Source: Eledone cirrhosa (lineage: Eukaryota). From it: 64,000 nucleotides of DNA. The notes under the pieces are model-generated. The model was not told the DNA's origin. It searched no databases and worked only from the letters and a program-made list of their open reading frames with translations. Numbering within the stretch: the first letter of the stretch is position 1; each line of letters opens with the position of its first letter. The stretch spans positions 408,022,001-408,086,000 of the forward strand of contig OZ024741.1 in NCBI GenBank assembly GCA_964016885.1. Direction: 5' to 3'. Below, piece by piece: positions 42,501-57,800 of the stretch. Position numbers and translations under genes: made by a program.

Positions 42501-45070
42501 CACATAGCTGACTTCTGGTGACAAGAGCAATGGTAACAATATAACATAGGATATCTCATAGTTGACTTCTGGTGACAACAACAATGGTAACAATATAACA
42601 TAGTTCATCACATAGCCGAATTCTGGTGACAACAACAACGGTAACAATATAAAATATGTCATCACATAGCTGACTTCTGGTGACAACAACAACGGTAACA
42701 ATATAACATAGGTCATCACATAGCTGACTTCTGGTGGCAACAACAACGGTAACAATATAACATAGGTCATCTCATAGCTGACTTCTGGTGAAAACAACGA
42801 CAACAATATAACATAGGTCATCACATAGCTGACTTCTGGTGACAACAACAACAACAATATAGCATAAGTCATCTCATAGCTGACTTCTGGTGACAACAAC
42901 AACGGTAACAATATAACATAGGTCATCTCATAGATGACTTCTGGTGACAACAACAACAACAATATAGTATAGGTCTTCTCATAGCTGACTTCTGGTGACA
43001 ACAACAACGGTAACAATATAACATAGGTCATCAAATAGCTGACTTCTGGTGACAACAACAACAACAATATAGCATAGGTCATCTCATAGCTGACTTCTGG
43101 TGACAACAACAACGGTAACAATATAACATAGGTCATCAAATAGCTGACTTCTGGTGACAACAACAACAACAATATAACATAGGTCATCACATAGCTGACT
43201 TCTGGTGACAACAACAACGGTAACAATATAACATAGGTCATCTCATAGCTGACTTCTGGTGACAACAACAACAACAATATAACATAGGTCATCACATAGC
43301 TGACTTCTGGTAACAACAACAACGGTAACAATATAACATAGGTCATCTCATAGCTGACTTCTGGTGACAACAACAACAACAATATAACATAGGTCATCAC
43401 ATAGCTGACATCTGGTGACAACAACAACGGTAACAATATAACATAGGACATCACATATCTGACTTCTGGTGACCACAACAACGGTAACCATATAACATAG
43501 GTCATCTCATAGCTGATTTCTGGTGACAACAACAACGGTAACAATATAACATAGGACATCGCATATCTGACATCTGGTGACAACAACATCGGTAACAATA
43601 TAACATAGGTCATCACATAGCTGACTTCTGGTGACAACAAAAACGGTAATAATATAACATAGGTCATTTAATAGCTGCCTTCTGGTGACAACAACAACGG
43701 TAACAATATAACATAGGTCATCACATAGCTGACTTCTGGTGACAACAACAACGGTAACAATATAACATAGGTCATCACATAGCTGACTTCTGGTGACAAC
43801 AACAACGGTAACAATATAACATAGGTCATCACATAGCTGACTTCTGGTGACAACAACAACAACAATATAGCATAGGTCATCTCATAGCTGACTTCTGGTG
43901 ACAACAACAACGGTAATATTATAAAATAGGTCATCCCATAGCTGACTTCTGGTGACAACAACAACGGTAACAATATAACATAGGTCATCTCATAGCTGAT
44001 TTCTGGTGACAACAACAACGGTAACAATATAAAATAGGTCATCACCTCGATGACTTCTGGTGACAACAACAACGACAATATAGCATAGGTTATCTCATAG
44101 CTGACTTCTCGTGACAATAACAACGGTAACAATATAACATAGGTCATCACATAGCTGACTTCTGGTGACAACAACAACAACAATATAACATAGGTCATCA
44201 CATAGCTGACTTCTGGTGACAACAACAACAACAATATAACATAGGTCATCACATAGCTGACTTCTGGTGACAACAACAACAACAATATAGCATAGGTCAT
44301 CTCATAGCTGACTTCTGGTGACAACAACAACGGTAACAATATAACATAGGTCATCTCATAGCTGACTTCTGGTGACAACAACAACAACAATATAGCATAG
44401 GTCATCTCATAGCTGACTTCTGGTGACAACAACAACGGTAACAATATAACATAGGTCATCTCATAGCTGACTTCTGGTGACAACAACAACAACAATATAG
44501 CATAGGTCATCACATAGCTGACTTCTGGTGACAACAACAACGGTAACAATATAAAATAGGACATCACATAGCTGACTTCTGGTGACAACAACAACGGTAA
44601 CAATATAACATAGGTCATCTCATAGATGACTTCTGGTAACAACAACAACAACAATATAGCATAGGCCATCTCATAGGTGACTTCTGGTGACAACAACAAC
44701 GGTAACAATATAACATAGGTCATAACATAGCTGACATCTGGTGACAACAACAACGGTAACAATATAACATAGGTCATCACATAGCTGACTTCTGGTGACA
44801 ACAACAACAACGGTAACAATATAACATAGGTCATCACATAGCTGACTTCTGGTGACAACAACAACGGTAACAATATAACATAGGACATCACATAGCTGAC
44901 ATCTGGTGACAACAACAACGGTAACAATATAAAATAGGTCATTACATAGCTGACTTCTGGTGACAACAACAACGGTAACAATATAAAATAGGTCATCACA
45001 TAGCTGACTTCTGGTGACAACAACAACGACAATATAGAATAGGTCATCTCATAGCTGACTTCTGGTGACA
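36600..45070. repeat. Higher-order tandem duplication, period 4284 bp
   Basis: ORF strings 36921..39383 and 41205..43667 differ at only two residues. Rare markers (GGTTACAAC, CATTTAATAGCTGCC, CATAACATAG) recur at +4284. Ends approximate. Confidence 0.9.
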
Positions 45071-45599
45071 ATAACAACGGTAACAATCTAAAATAGGTCA
45101 TCACATAGCTGACTTCTGGTGACAACAACAACAACAATATAACATAGGTCATCACATAGCTGACTTCTGGTGACAACAACAACAACAATATAACATTGGT
45201 CATCACATAGCTGACTTCTGGTGACAACAACAACAACAATATAACATAGGTCATCACATAGCTGACTTCTGGTGACAACAACAACAACAATATAGCATAG
45301 GTCATCACATAGCTGACTTCTGGTGACAACAACAACGGTAACAATATAACATAGTTCATCTCATAGCTGACTTCTGGTGACAACAACAACGGTAACAATA
45401 TAACATAGGTCATCTCATAGTTCACTTCTGGTGACAACAACAACGGTAACAATATAACATAGGTCATCTCATAGATGACTTCTGGTAACAACAACAACAA
45501 CAATATAGCATAGGCCATCTCATAGCTGACTTCTGGTGACAACAACGGTAACAATATAACATAGGTCATCACATAGCTGACTTCTGGTGACAACAACAA

Positions 45600-47230
45600 C
45601 AACAATATAACATAGGTCATCACATAGCTGACTTCTGGTGACAACAACAACAACAATATAACATAGGTCATCACATAGCTGACTTCTGGTGACAACAACA
45701 ACAACAATATAGCATAGGTCATCTCATAGCTGACTTCTGGTGACAACAACAACGGTAACAATATAAAATAGGTCATCTCATAGCTGACTTCTGGTGACAA
45801 CAACAACAACAATATAACATAGGTCATCACATAGCTGACTTCTGGTGACAACAACAACAACAATATAACATAGGTCATCACATAGCTGACTTCTGGTGAC
45901 AACAACAACAACAATATAGCATAGGTCATCTCATAGCTGACTTCTGGTGACAACAACAACGGTAACAATATAAAATAGGTCATCTCATAGCTGACTTCTG
46001 GTGACAACAACAACAACAATATAACATAGGTCATCACATAGCTGACTTCTGGTGACAACAACAACAACAATATAACATAGGTCATCACATAGCTGACTTC
46101 TGGTGACAACAACAACAACAATATAGCATAGGTCATCTCATAGCTGACTTCTGGTGACAACAACAACGGTAACAATATAAAATAGGTCATCTCATAGCTG
46201 ACTTCTGGTGACAACAACAACAACAATATAACATAGGTCATCACATAGCTGACTTCTGGTGACAACAACAACAACAATATAACATAGGTCATCACATAGC
46301 TGACTTCTGGTGACAACAACAACAACAATATAGCATAGGTCATCTCATAGCTGACTTCTGGTGACAACAACAACGGTAACAATATAAAATAGGTCATCTC
46401 ATAGCTGACTTCTGGTGACAACAACAACAACAATATAACATAGGTCATCACATAGCTGACTTCTGGTGACAACAACAACAACAATATAACATAGGTCATC
46501 ACATAGCTGACTTCTGGTGACAACAACAACAACAATATAGCATAGGTCATCTCATAGCTGACTTCTGGTGACAACAACAACGGTAACAATATAAAATAGG
46601 TCATCTCATAGCTGACTTCTGGTGACAACAACAACAACAATATAACATAGGTCATCACATAGCTGACTTCTGGTGACAACAACAACAACAATATAACATA
46701 GGTCATCACATAGCTGACTTCTGGTGACAACAACAACAACAATATAGCATAGGTCATCTCATAGCTGACTTCTGGTGACAACAACAACGGTAACAATATA
46801 AAATAGGTCATCTCATAGCTGACTTCTGGTGACAACAACAACAACAATATAACATAGGTCATCACATAGCTGACTTCTGGTGACAACAACAACAACAATA
46901 TAACATAGGTCATCACATAGCTGACTTCTGGTGACAACAATAACAACAATATAGCATAGGTCATCTCATAGCTGACTTCTGGTGACAACAACAACGGTAA
47001 CAATATAAAATAGGTCATCTCATAGCTGACTTCTGGTGACAACAACAACAACAATATAACATAGGTCATCACATAGCTGACTTCTGGTGACAACAACAAC
47101 AACAATATAACATAGGTCATCACATAGCTGACTTCTGGTGACAACAACAACAACAATATAGCATAGGTCATCTCATAGCTGACTTCTGGTGACAACAACA
47201 ACGGTAACAATATAAAATAGGTCATCTCAT
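45600..47230. repeat. Homogeneous 4-monomer higher-order repeat, 207 bp (54+51+51+51), about 8 copies
   Basis: The marker ATATAAAATAGG recurs every 207 bp (45761, 45968 and onward to about 47210). Confidence 0.9.
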
Positions 47231-48899
47231 AGCTGACTTCTAGTGACAACAACAACGGTAACAATATAACATAGGTCATCACATAGCTGACTTCTGGTGA
47301 CAACAACAACGGTAACAATATAACATAGGTCATCACATAGCTGACTTCTGCTGACAACAACAACAACAATATAACATACGTCATCACATAGCTGACTTCT
47401 GGTGAAAACAACAACAACAATATAGCATAGGTCATCTCATAGCTGACTTCTCGTGACAACAACAACAACAATATATCATAAGTCATCTCATAGCTGACTT
47501 ATGGTGACAACAACAACGGTAACGATATAACATAGGTCATCTCATAGATGACTTCTGGTGACAACAACAACAACAATATAGCATAGGACATCTCATAGCT
47601 GACTTCTGGTGACAACAACAACGGTAACAATATAACATAGGTCATCACATATCTGACTTCTGGTGACAACAACAACGGTAACAATATAACATAGGTCATC
47701 TCATAGCTGATTTCTGGTGACAACAACAACGGTAACAATATAACATAGGACATCGCATATCTGACATCTGGTGACAACAACATCGGTAACAATATAACAT
47801 AGGTCATCACATAGCTGACTTCTGGTGACAACAACAACGGTAACGATATAACATAGGTCATCACATAGCTGACTTCTGGTGACAACAAGAGCGGTAACAA
47901 TATAACATAGGGCATCACATAGCTGACATCTGGCGACAACAACAACGGTAACAATATAACATAGGTCATCACATAGCTGACTTCTGCTGACAACAACAAC
48001 AACAATATTGCATAGGTCATCTCATAGTTGACTTCTGGTGACAACAACAACGGTAACAATATAACATAGGTCATCTCATAGATGACTTCTGGTGACAACA
48101 ACAACAACAATATAACATAGGTCATCACTTAGCTGACTTCTGGTGACAACAACAACGGTAACGATATAACATAGGTCATCACATAGCTGACTTCTGGCGA
48201 CAACAACAACGGTAACAATATAACATAGGTCATCACATAGCTGACTTCTGCTGACAACAACAACAACAATATTGCATAGGTCATCTCATAGTTGACTTCT
48301 GGTGACAACAACAACGGTAACAATATAACATAAGTCATCTCATAGATGACTTCTGGTGACAACAACAACAACAATATAGCATAGGACATCTCATAGCTGA
48401 CTTCTGGTGACAACAACAACGGTAACAATATAACATAGGTCATCACATAGCTGATTTCTGGTGACAACAACAACGGTAACAATATAACATAGGTCATCTC
48501 ATAGCTGATTTCTGGTGACAACAACAACGGTAACAATATAACATAGGACATCGCATATCTGACATCTGGTGACAACAACATCGGTAACAATATAACATAC
48601 GTCATCACATAGCTGACTTCTGGTGACAACAACAACGGTAACGATATAACATAGGTCATCACATAGCTGACTTCTGGTGACAACAAGAGCGGTAACAATA
48701 TAACATAGGGCATCACATAGCTGACTTCTGGCGACAACAACAACAACGGTAACAATATAACATAGGTCATCACATAGCTGACTTCTGCTGACAACAACAA
48801 CAACAATATTGCATAGGTCATCTCATAGTTGACTTCTGGTGAAAACAACAACGGTAACAATATAACATAGGTCATCTCATAGATGACTTCTGGTGACAA

Positions 48900-51800
48900 C
48901 AACAACAACAATATAACATAGGTCATCACTTAGCTGACTTCTGGTGACAACAACAACGGTAACGATATAACATAGGTCATCACATAGCTGACTTCTGGCG
49001 ACAACAACAACGGTAACAATATAACATAGGTCATCACATAGCTGACTTCTGCTGACAACAACAACAACAATATTGCATAGGTCATCTCATAGTTGACTTC
49101 TGGTGACAACAACAACGGTAACAATATAACATAGGTCATCTCATAGATGACTTCTGGTGACAACAACAACAACAATATAGCATAGGACATCTCATAGCTG
49201 ACTTCTGGTGACAACAACAACGGTAACAATATAACATAGGTCATCACATAGCTGATTTCTGGTGACAACAACAACGGTAACAATATACATAGGACATCGC
49301 ATATCTGACATCTGGTGACAACAACAACGGTAACAATATAACATAGGTCATTTCATAGCTGACTTCTGGTGACAACAACAACGGTAACAATATAACATAG
49401 GTAATCTCATAGCTGCCTTCTGGTGACAACAACAACGGTAACAATATAACATAGGTCATCACATAGCTGACTTCTGGTGACAACAACAACAACAATATAG
49501 CATAGATCATCTCATAGCTGACATCTGGTGACAACAACAACGGTAACAATATAAAATAGGTCATCCCATAGCTGACTTCTGGTGACAACAACAACGGTAA
49601 CAATATAAAATAGGTCATCACATAGCTGACTTCTGGTGACAACAACAACGACAATATAGAATAGGTCATCTCATAGCTGACGTCTGGTGACAACAACAAC
49701 AACTATATAGCATAGGTCATCTTATAGCTGACTTCTGGAGACAACAACAACGGTAACAATATAACATAGGTCATCTCATAGATGACTTCTGGTGACAACA
49801 ACAACAACAATATAACATAGGTCATCACATAGCTGACTTCTGGTGACAACAACAACGGTAACGATATAACATAGGTCATCACATAGCTGACTTCTGGTGA
49901 CAACAAGAGCGGTAACAATATAACATAGGACATCGCATATCTGACATCTGGTGACAACAACATCGGTAACAATATAACATAGGTCATCACATAGCTGACA
50001 TCTGGTGACAACAACAACGGTAACAATATAAAATAGGTCATCACCTCGATGACTTCTGGTGACAACAACAACGACAATATAGCATAGGTCATCTCATAGC
50101 TGACTTCTCGTGACAATAACAACGGTAACAATATAACATAGGTCATCACATAGCTGACTTCTGGTGACAACAACAACAACAATATAACATAGGTCATCAC
50201 ATAGCTGACTTCTGGTGACAACAACAACAACAATATAACATAGGTCATCACATAGCTGACTTCTGGTGACAACAACAACAACAATATAGCATAGGTCATC
50301 TCATAGCTGACTTCTGGTGACAACAACAACGGTAACAATATAAAATAGGTCATCTCATAGCTGACTTCTGGTGACAACAACAACAACAATATAACATAGG
50401 TCATCACATAGCTGACTTCTGGTGACAACAACGACAACAATATAACATAGGTCATCACATAGCTGACTTCTGGTGACAACAACAACAACAATATAGCATA
50501 GGTCATCTCATAGCTGACTTCTGGTGACAACAACAACGGTAACAATATAAAATAGGTCATCTCATAGCTGACTTCTGGTGACAACAACAACAACAATATA
50601 ACATAGGTCATCACATAGCTGACTTCTGGTGACAACAACAACAACAATATAGCATAGGACATCTCATAGCTGACTTCTGGTGACAACAACAACGGTAACA
50701 ATATAACATAGGTCATCACATATCTGACTTCTGGTGACAACAACAACGGTAACAATATAACATAGGTCATCTCATAGCTGATTTCTGGTGACAACAACAA
50801 CGGTAACAATATAACATAGGACATCGCATATCTGACATCTGGTGACAACAACATCGGAAACAATATAACATAGGTCATCACATAGCTGACTTCTGGTGAC
50901 AACAACAACGGTAACGATATAACATAGGTCATCACATAGCTGACTTCTGGTGACAACAAGAGCGGTAACAATATAACATAGGGCATCACATAGCTGACTT
51001 CTGGCGACAACAACAACAACGGTAACAATATAACATAGGTCATCACATAGCTGACTTCTGCTGACAACAACAACAACATTATTGCATAGGTCATCTCATA
51101 GTTGACTTCTGGTGACAACAACAACGGTAACAATATAACATAGGTCATCTCATAGATGACTTCTGGTGACAACAACAACAACAATATAACATAGGTCATC
51201 ACTTAGCTGACTTCTGGTGACAACAACAACGGTAACGATATAACATAGGTCATCACATAGCTGACTTCTGGCGACAACAACAACGATAACAATATAACAT
51301 AGGTCATCACATAGCTGACTTCTGCTGACAACAACAACAACAATATTGCATAGGTCATCTCATAGTTGACTTCTGGTGACAACAACAACGGTAACAATAT
51401 AACATAGGTCATCTCATAGATGACTTCTGGTGACAACAACAACAACAATATAGCATAGGACATCTCATAGCTGACTTCTGGTGACAACAACAACGGTAAC
51501 AATATAACATAGGTCATCACATAGCTGATTTCTGGTGACAACAACAACGGTAACAATATACATAGGACATCGCATATCTGACATCTGGTGACAACAACAA
51601 CGGTAACAATATAACATAGGTCATTTCATAGCTGACTTCTGGTGACAACAACAACGGTAACAATATAACATAGGTAATCTCATAGCTGCCTTCTGGTGAC
51701 AACAACAACGGTAACAATATAACATAGGTCATCACATAGCTGACTTCTGGTGACAACAACAACAACAATATAGCATAGATCATCTCATAGCTGACATCTG

Positions 51801-54800
51801 GTGACAACAACAACGGTAACAATATAAAATAGGTCATCCCATAGCTGACTTCTGGTGACAACAACAACGGTTACAATATAAAATAGGTCATCACATAGCT
51901 GACTTCTGGTGACAACAACAACGACAATATAGAATAGGTCATCTCATAGCTGACGTCTGGTGACAACAACAACAACTATATAGCATAGGTCATCTTATAG
52001 CTGACTTCTGGTGACAACAACAACGGTAACAATATAACATAGGTCATCTCATAGATGACTTCTGGTGACAACAACAACAACAATATAACATAGGTCATCA
52101 CATAGCTGACTTCTGGTGACAACAACAACGGTAACGATATAACATAGGTCATCACATAGCTGACTTCTGGTGACAACAAGAGCGGTAACAATATAACATA
52201 GGACATCGCATATCTGACATCTGGTGACAACAACATCGGTAACAATATAACATAGGTCATCACATAGCTGACATCTTGTGACAACAACAACGGTAACAAT
52301 ATAAAATAGGTCATCACCTCGATGACTTCTGGTGACAACAACAACGACAATATAGCATAGGTCATCTCATAGCTGACTTCTCGTGACAATAACAACGGTA
52401 ACAATATAACATAGGTCATCACATAGCTGACTTCTGGTGACAACAACAACAACAATATAACATAGGTCATCACATAGCTGACTTCTGGTGACAACAACAA
52501 CAACAATATAACATAGGTCATCACATAGCTGACTTCTGGTGACAACAACAACAACAATATAACATAGGTCATCACATAGCTGACTTCTGGTGACAACAAC
52601 AACAACAATATAGCATAGGTCATCTCATAGCTGACTTCTGGTGACAACAACAACGGTAACAATATAAAATAGGTCATCTCATAGCTGACTTCTGGTGACA
52701 ACAACAACAACAATATAACATAGGTCATCACATAGCTGACTTCTGGTGACAACAACAACAACAATATAACATAGGTCATCACATAGCTGACTTCTGGTGA
52801 CAACAACAACAACAATATAGCATAGGTCATCTCATAGCTGACTTCTGGTGACAACAACAACGGTAACAATATAAAATAGGTCATCTCATAGCTGACTTCT
52901 GGTGACAACAACAACAACAATATAACATAGGTCATCACATAGCTGACTTCTGGTGACAACAACAACAACAATATAACATAGGTCATCACATAGCTGACTT
53001 CTGGTGACAACAACAACAACAATATAGCATAGGTCATCTCATAGCTGACTTCTGGAGACAACAACAACGGTAACAATATAAAATAGGTCATCTCATAGCT
53101 GACTTCTGGTGACAACAACAACAACAATATAACATAGGTCATCACATAGCTGACTTCTGGTGACAACAACAACAACAATATAACATAGGTCATCACATAG
53201 CTGACTTCTGGTGACAACAACAACAACAATATAGCATAGGTCATCTCATAGCTGACTTCTGGTGACAACAACAACGGTAACAATATAAAATAGGTCATCT
53301 CATAGCTGACTTCTGGTGACAACAACAACGGTAACAATATAACATAGGTCATCACATAGCTGACTTCTGGTGACAACAACAACGGTAACAATATAACATA
53401 GGTCATCACATAGCTGACTTCTGCTGACAACAACAACAACAATATAACATACGTCATCACATAGCTGACTTCTGGTGAAAACAACAACAACAATATAGCA
53501 TAGGTCATCTCATAGCTGACTTCTCGTGACAACAACAACAACAATATATCATAAGTCATCTCATAGCTGACTTATGGTGACAACAACAACGGTAACGATA
53601 TAACATAGGTCATCTCATAGATGACTTCTGGTGACAACAACAACAACAATATAGCATAGGACATCTCATAGCTGACTTCTGGTGACAACAACAACGGTAA
53701 CAATATAACATAGGTCATCACATATCTGACTTCTGGTGACAACAACAACGGTAACAATATAACATAGGTCATCTCATAGCTGATTTCTGGTGACAACAAC
53801 AACGGTAACAATATAACATAGGACATCGCATATCTGACATCTGGTGACAACAACATCGGTAACAATATAACATAGGTCATCACATAGCTGACTTCTGGTG
53901 ACAACAACAACGGTAACGATATAACATAGGTCATCACATAGCTGACTTCTGGTGACAACAAGAGCGGTAACAATATAACATAGGGCATCACATAGCTGAC
54001 TTCTGGCGACAACAACAACAACGGTAACAATATAACATAGGTCATCACATAGCTGACTTCTGCTGACAACAACAACAACAATATTGCATATGTCATCTCA
54101 TAGTTGACTTCTGGTGACAACAACAACGGTAAAAATATAACATAGGTCATCTCATAGATGACTTCTGGTGACAACAACAACAACAATATAACATAGGTCA
54201 TCACTTAGCTGACTTCTGGTGACAACAACAACGGTAACGATATAACATAGGTCATCACATAGCTGACTTCTGGCGACAACAACAACGGTAACAATATAAC
54301 ATAGGTCATCACATAGCTGACTTCTGCTGACAACAACAACAACAATATTGCATAGGTCATCTCATAGTTGACTTCTGGTGACAACAACAACGGTAACAAT
54401 ATAACATAGGTCATCTCATAGATGACTTCTGGTGACAACAACAACAACAATATAGCATAGGACATCTCATAGCTGACTTCTGGTGACAACAACAACGGTA
54501 ACAATATAACATAGGTCATCACATAGCTGATTTCTGGTGACAACAACAACGGTAACAATATACATAGGACATCGCATATCTGACATCTGGTGACAACAAC
54601 AACGGTAACAATATAACATAGGTCATTTCATAGCTGACTTCTGGTGACAACAACAACGGTAACAATATAACATAGGTAATCTCATAGCTACCTTCTGGTG
54701 ACAACAACAACGGTAACAATATAACATAGGTCATCACATAGCTGACTTCTGGTGACAACAACAACAACAATATAGCATATATCATCTCATAGCTGACATC

Positions 54801-57800
54801 TGGTGACAACAACAACGGTAACAATATAAAATAGGTCATCCCATAGCTGACTTCTGGTGACAACAACAACGGTAACAATATAAAATAGGTCATCACATAG
54901 CTGACTTCTGGTGACAACAACAACGACAATATAGAATAGGTCATCTCATAGCTGACGTCTGGTGACAACAACAACAACTATATAGCATAGGTCATCTTAT
55001 AGCTGACTTCTGGTGACAACAACAACGGTAACAATATAAAATAGGTCATCTCATAGATGACTTCTGGTGACAACAACAACAACAATATAACATAGGTCAT
55101 CACATAGCTGACTTCTGGTGACAACAACAACGGTAACGATATAACATAGGTCATCACATAGCTGACTTCTGGTGACAACAAGAGCGGTAACAATATAACA
55201 TAGGACATCGCATATCTGACATCTGGTGACAACAACATCGGTAACAATATAACATAGGTCATCACATAGCTGACATCTGGTGACAACAACAACGGTAACA
55301 ATATAAAATAGGTCATCACCTCGATGACTTCTGGTGACAACAACAACGACAATATAGCATAGGTCATCTCATAGCTGACTTCTCGTGACAATAACAACGG
55401 TAACAATATAACATAGGTCATCACATAGCTGACTTCTGGTGACAACAACAACAACAATATAACATAGGTCATCACATAGCTGACTTCTGGTGACAACAAC
55501 AACAACAATATAACATAGGTCATCACATAGCTGACTTCTGGTGACAACAACAACAACAATATAGCATAGGTCATCTCATAGCTGACTTCTGGTGACAACA
55601 ACAACGGTAACAATATAAAATATGTCATCTCATAGCTGACTTCTGGTGACAACAACAACAACAATATAACATAGGTCATCACATAGCTGACTTCTGGTGA
55701 CAACAACAACAACAATATAACATAGGTCATCACATAGCTGACTTCTGGTGACAACAACAACAACAATATAACATAGGTCATCACATAGCTGACTTCTGGT
55801 GACAACAACAACAACAATATAGCATAGGTCATCTCATAGCTGACTTCTGGAGACAACAACAACGGTAACAATATAAAATAGGTCATCTCATAGCTGACTT
55901 CTGGTGACAACAACAACAACAATATAACATAGGTCATCACATAGCTGACTTCTGGTGACAACAACAACAACAATATAACATAGGTCATCACATAGCTGAC
56001 TTCTGGTGACAACAACAACAACAATATAGCATAGGTCATCTCATAGCTGACTTCTGGTGAAAACAACAACGGTAACAATATAAAATAGGTCATCTCATAG
56101 ATGACTTCTGGTGACAACAACAACGGTAACAATATAACATAGGTCATCACATAGCTGACTTCTGGTGACAACAACAACGGTAACAATATAACATAGGTCA
56201 TCACATAGCTGACTTCTGCTGACAACAACAACAATATAACATACGTCATCACATAGCTGACTTCTGGTGAAAACAACAACAACAATATAGCATAGGTCAT
56301 CTCATAGCTGACTTCTCGTGACAACAACAACAACAATATATCATAAGTCATCTCATAGCTGACTTATGGTGACAACAACAACGGTAACGATATAACATAG
56401 GTCATCTCATAGATGACTTCTGGTGACAACAACAACAACAATATAGCATAGGACATCTCATAGCTGACTTCTGGTGACAACAACAACGGTAACAATATAA
56501 CATAGGTCATCACATATCTGACTTCTGGTGACAACAACAACGGTAACAATATAACATAGGTCATCTCATAGCTGATTTCTGGTGACAACAACAACGGTAA
56601 CAATATAACATAGGACATCGCATATCTGACATCTGGTGACAACAACATCGGTAACAATATAACATAGGTCATCACATAGCTGACTTCTGGTGGCAACAAC
56701 AACGGTAACGATATAACATAGGTCATCACATAGCTGACTTCTGGTGACAACAAGAGCGGTAACAATATAACATAGGGCATCACATAGCTGACTTCTGGCG
56801 ACAACAACAACAACGGTAACAATATAACATAGGTCATCACATAGCTGACTTCTGCTGACAACAACAACAACAATATTGCATATGTCATCTCATAGTTGAC
56901 TTCTGGTGACAACAACAACGGTAAAAATATAACATAGGTCATCTCATAGATGACTTCTGGTGACAACAACAACAACAATATAACATAGGTCATCACTTAG
57001 CTGACTTCTGGTGACAACAACAACGGTAACGATATAACATAGGTCATCACATAGCTGACTTCTGGCGACAACAACAACGGTAACAATATAACATAGGTCA
57101 TCACATAGCTGACTTCTGCTGACAACAACAACAACAATATTGCATAGGTCATCTCATAGTTGACTTCTGGTGACAACAACAACGGTAACAATATAACATA
57201 GGTCATCTCATAGATGACTTCTGGTGACAACAACAACAACAATATAGCATAGGACATCTCATAGCTGACTTCTGGTGACAACAACAACGGTAACAATATA
57301 ACATAGGTCATCACATAGCTGATTTCTGGTGACAACAACAACGGTAACAATATACATAGGACATCGCATATCTGACATCTGGTGACAACAACAACGGTAA
57401 CAATATAACATAGGTCATTTCATAGCTGACTTCTGGTGACAACAACAACGGTAACAATATAACATAGGTAATCTCATAGCTGCCTTCTGGTGACAACAAC
57501 AACGGTAACAATATAACATAGGTCATCACATAGCTGACTTCTGGTGACAACAACAACAACAATATAGCATAGATCATCTCATAGCTGACATCTGGTGACA
57601 ACAACAACGGTAACAATATAAAATAGGTCATCCCATAGCTGACTTCTGGTGACAACAACAACGGTAACAATATAAAATAGGTCATCACATAGCTGACTTC
57701 TGGTGACAACAACAACGACAATATAGAATAGGTCATCTCATAGCTGACGTCTGGTGACAACAACAACAACTATATAGCATAGGTCATCTTATAGCTGACT

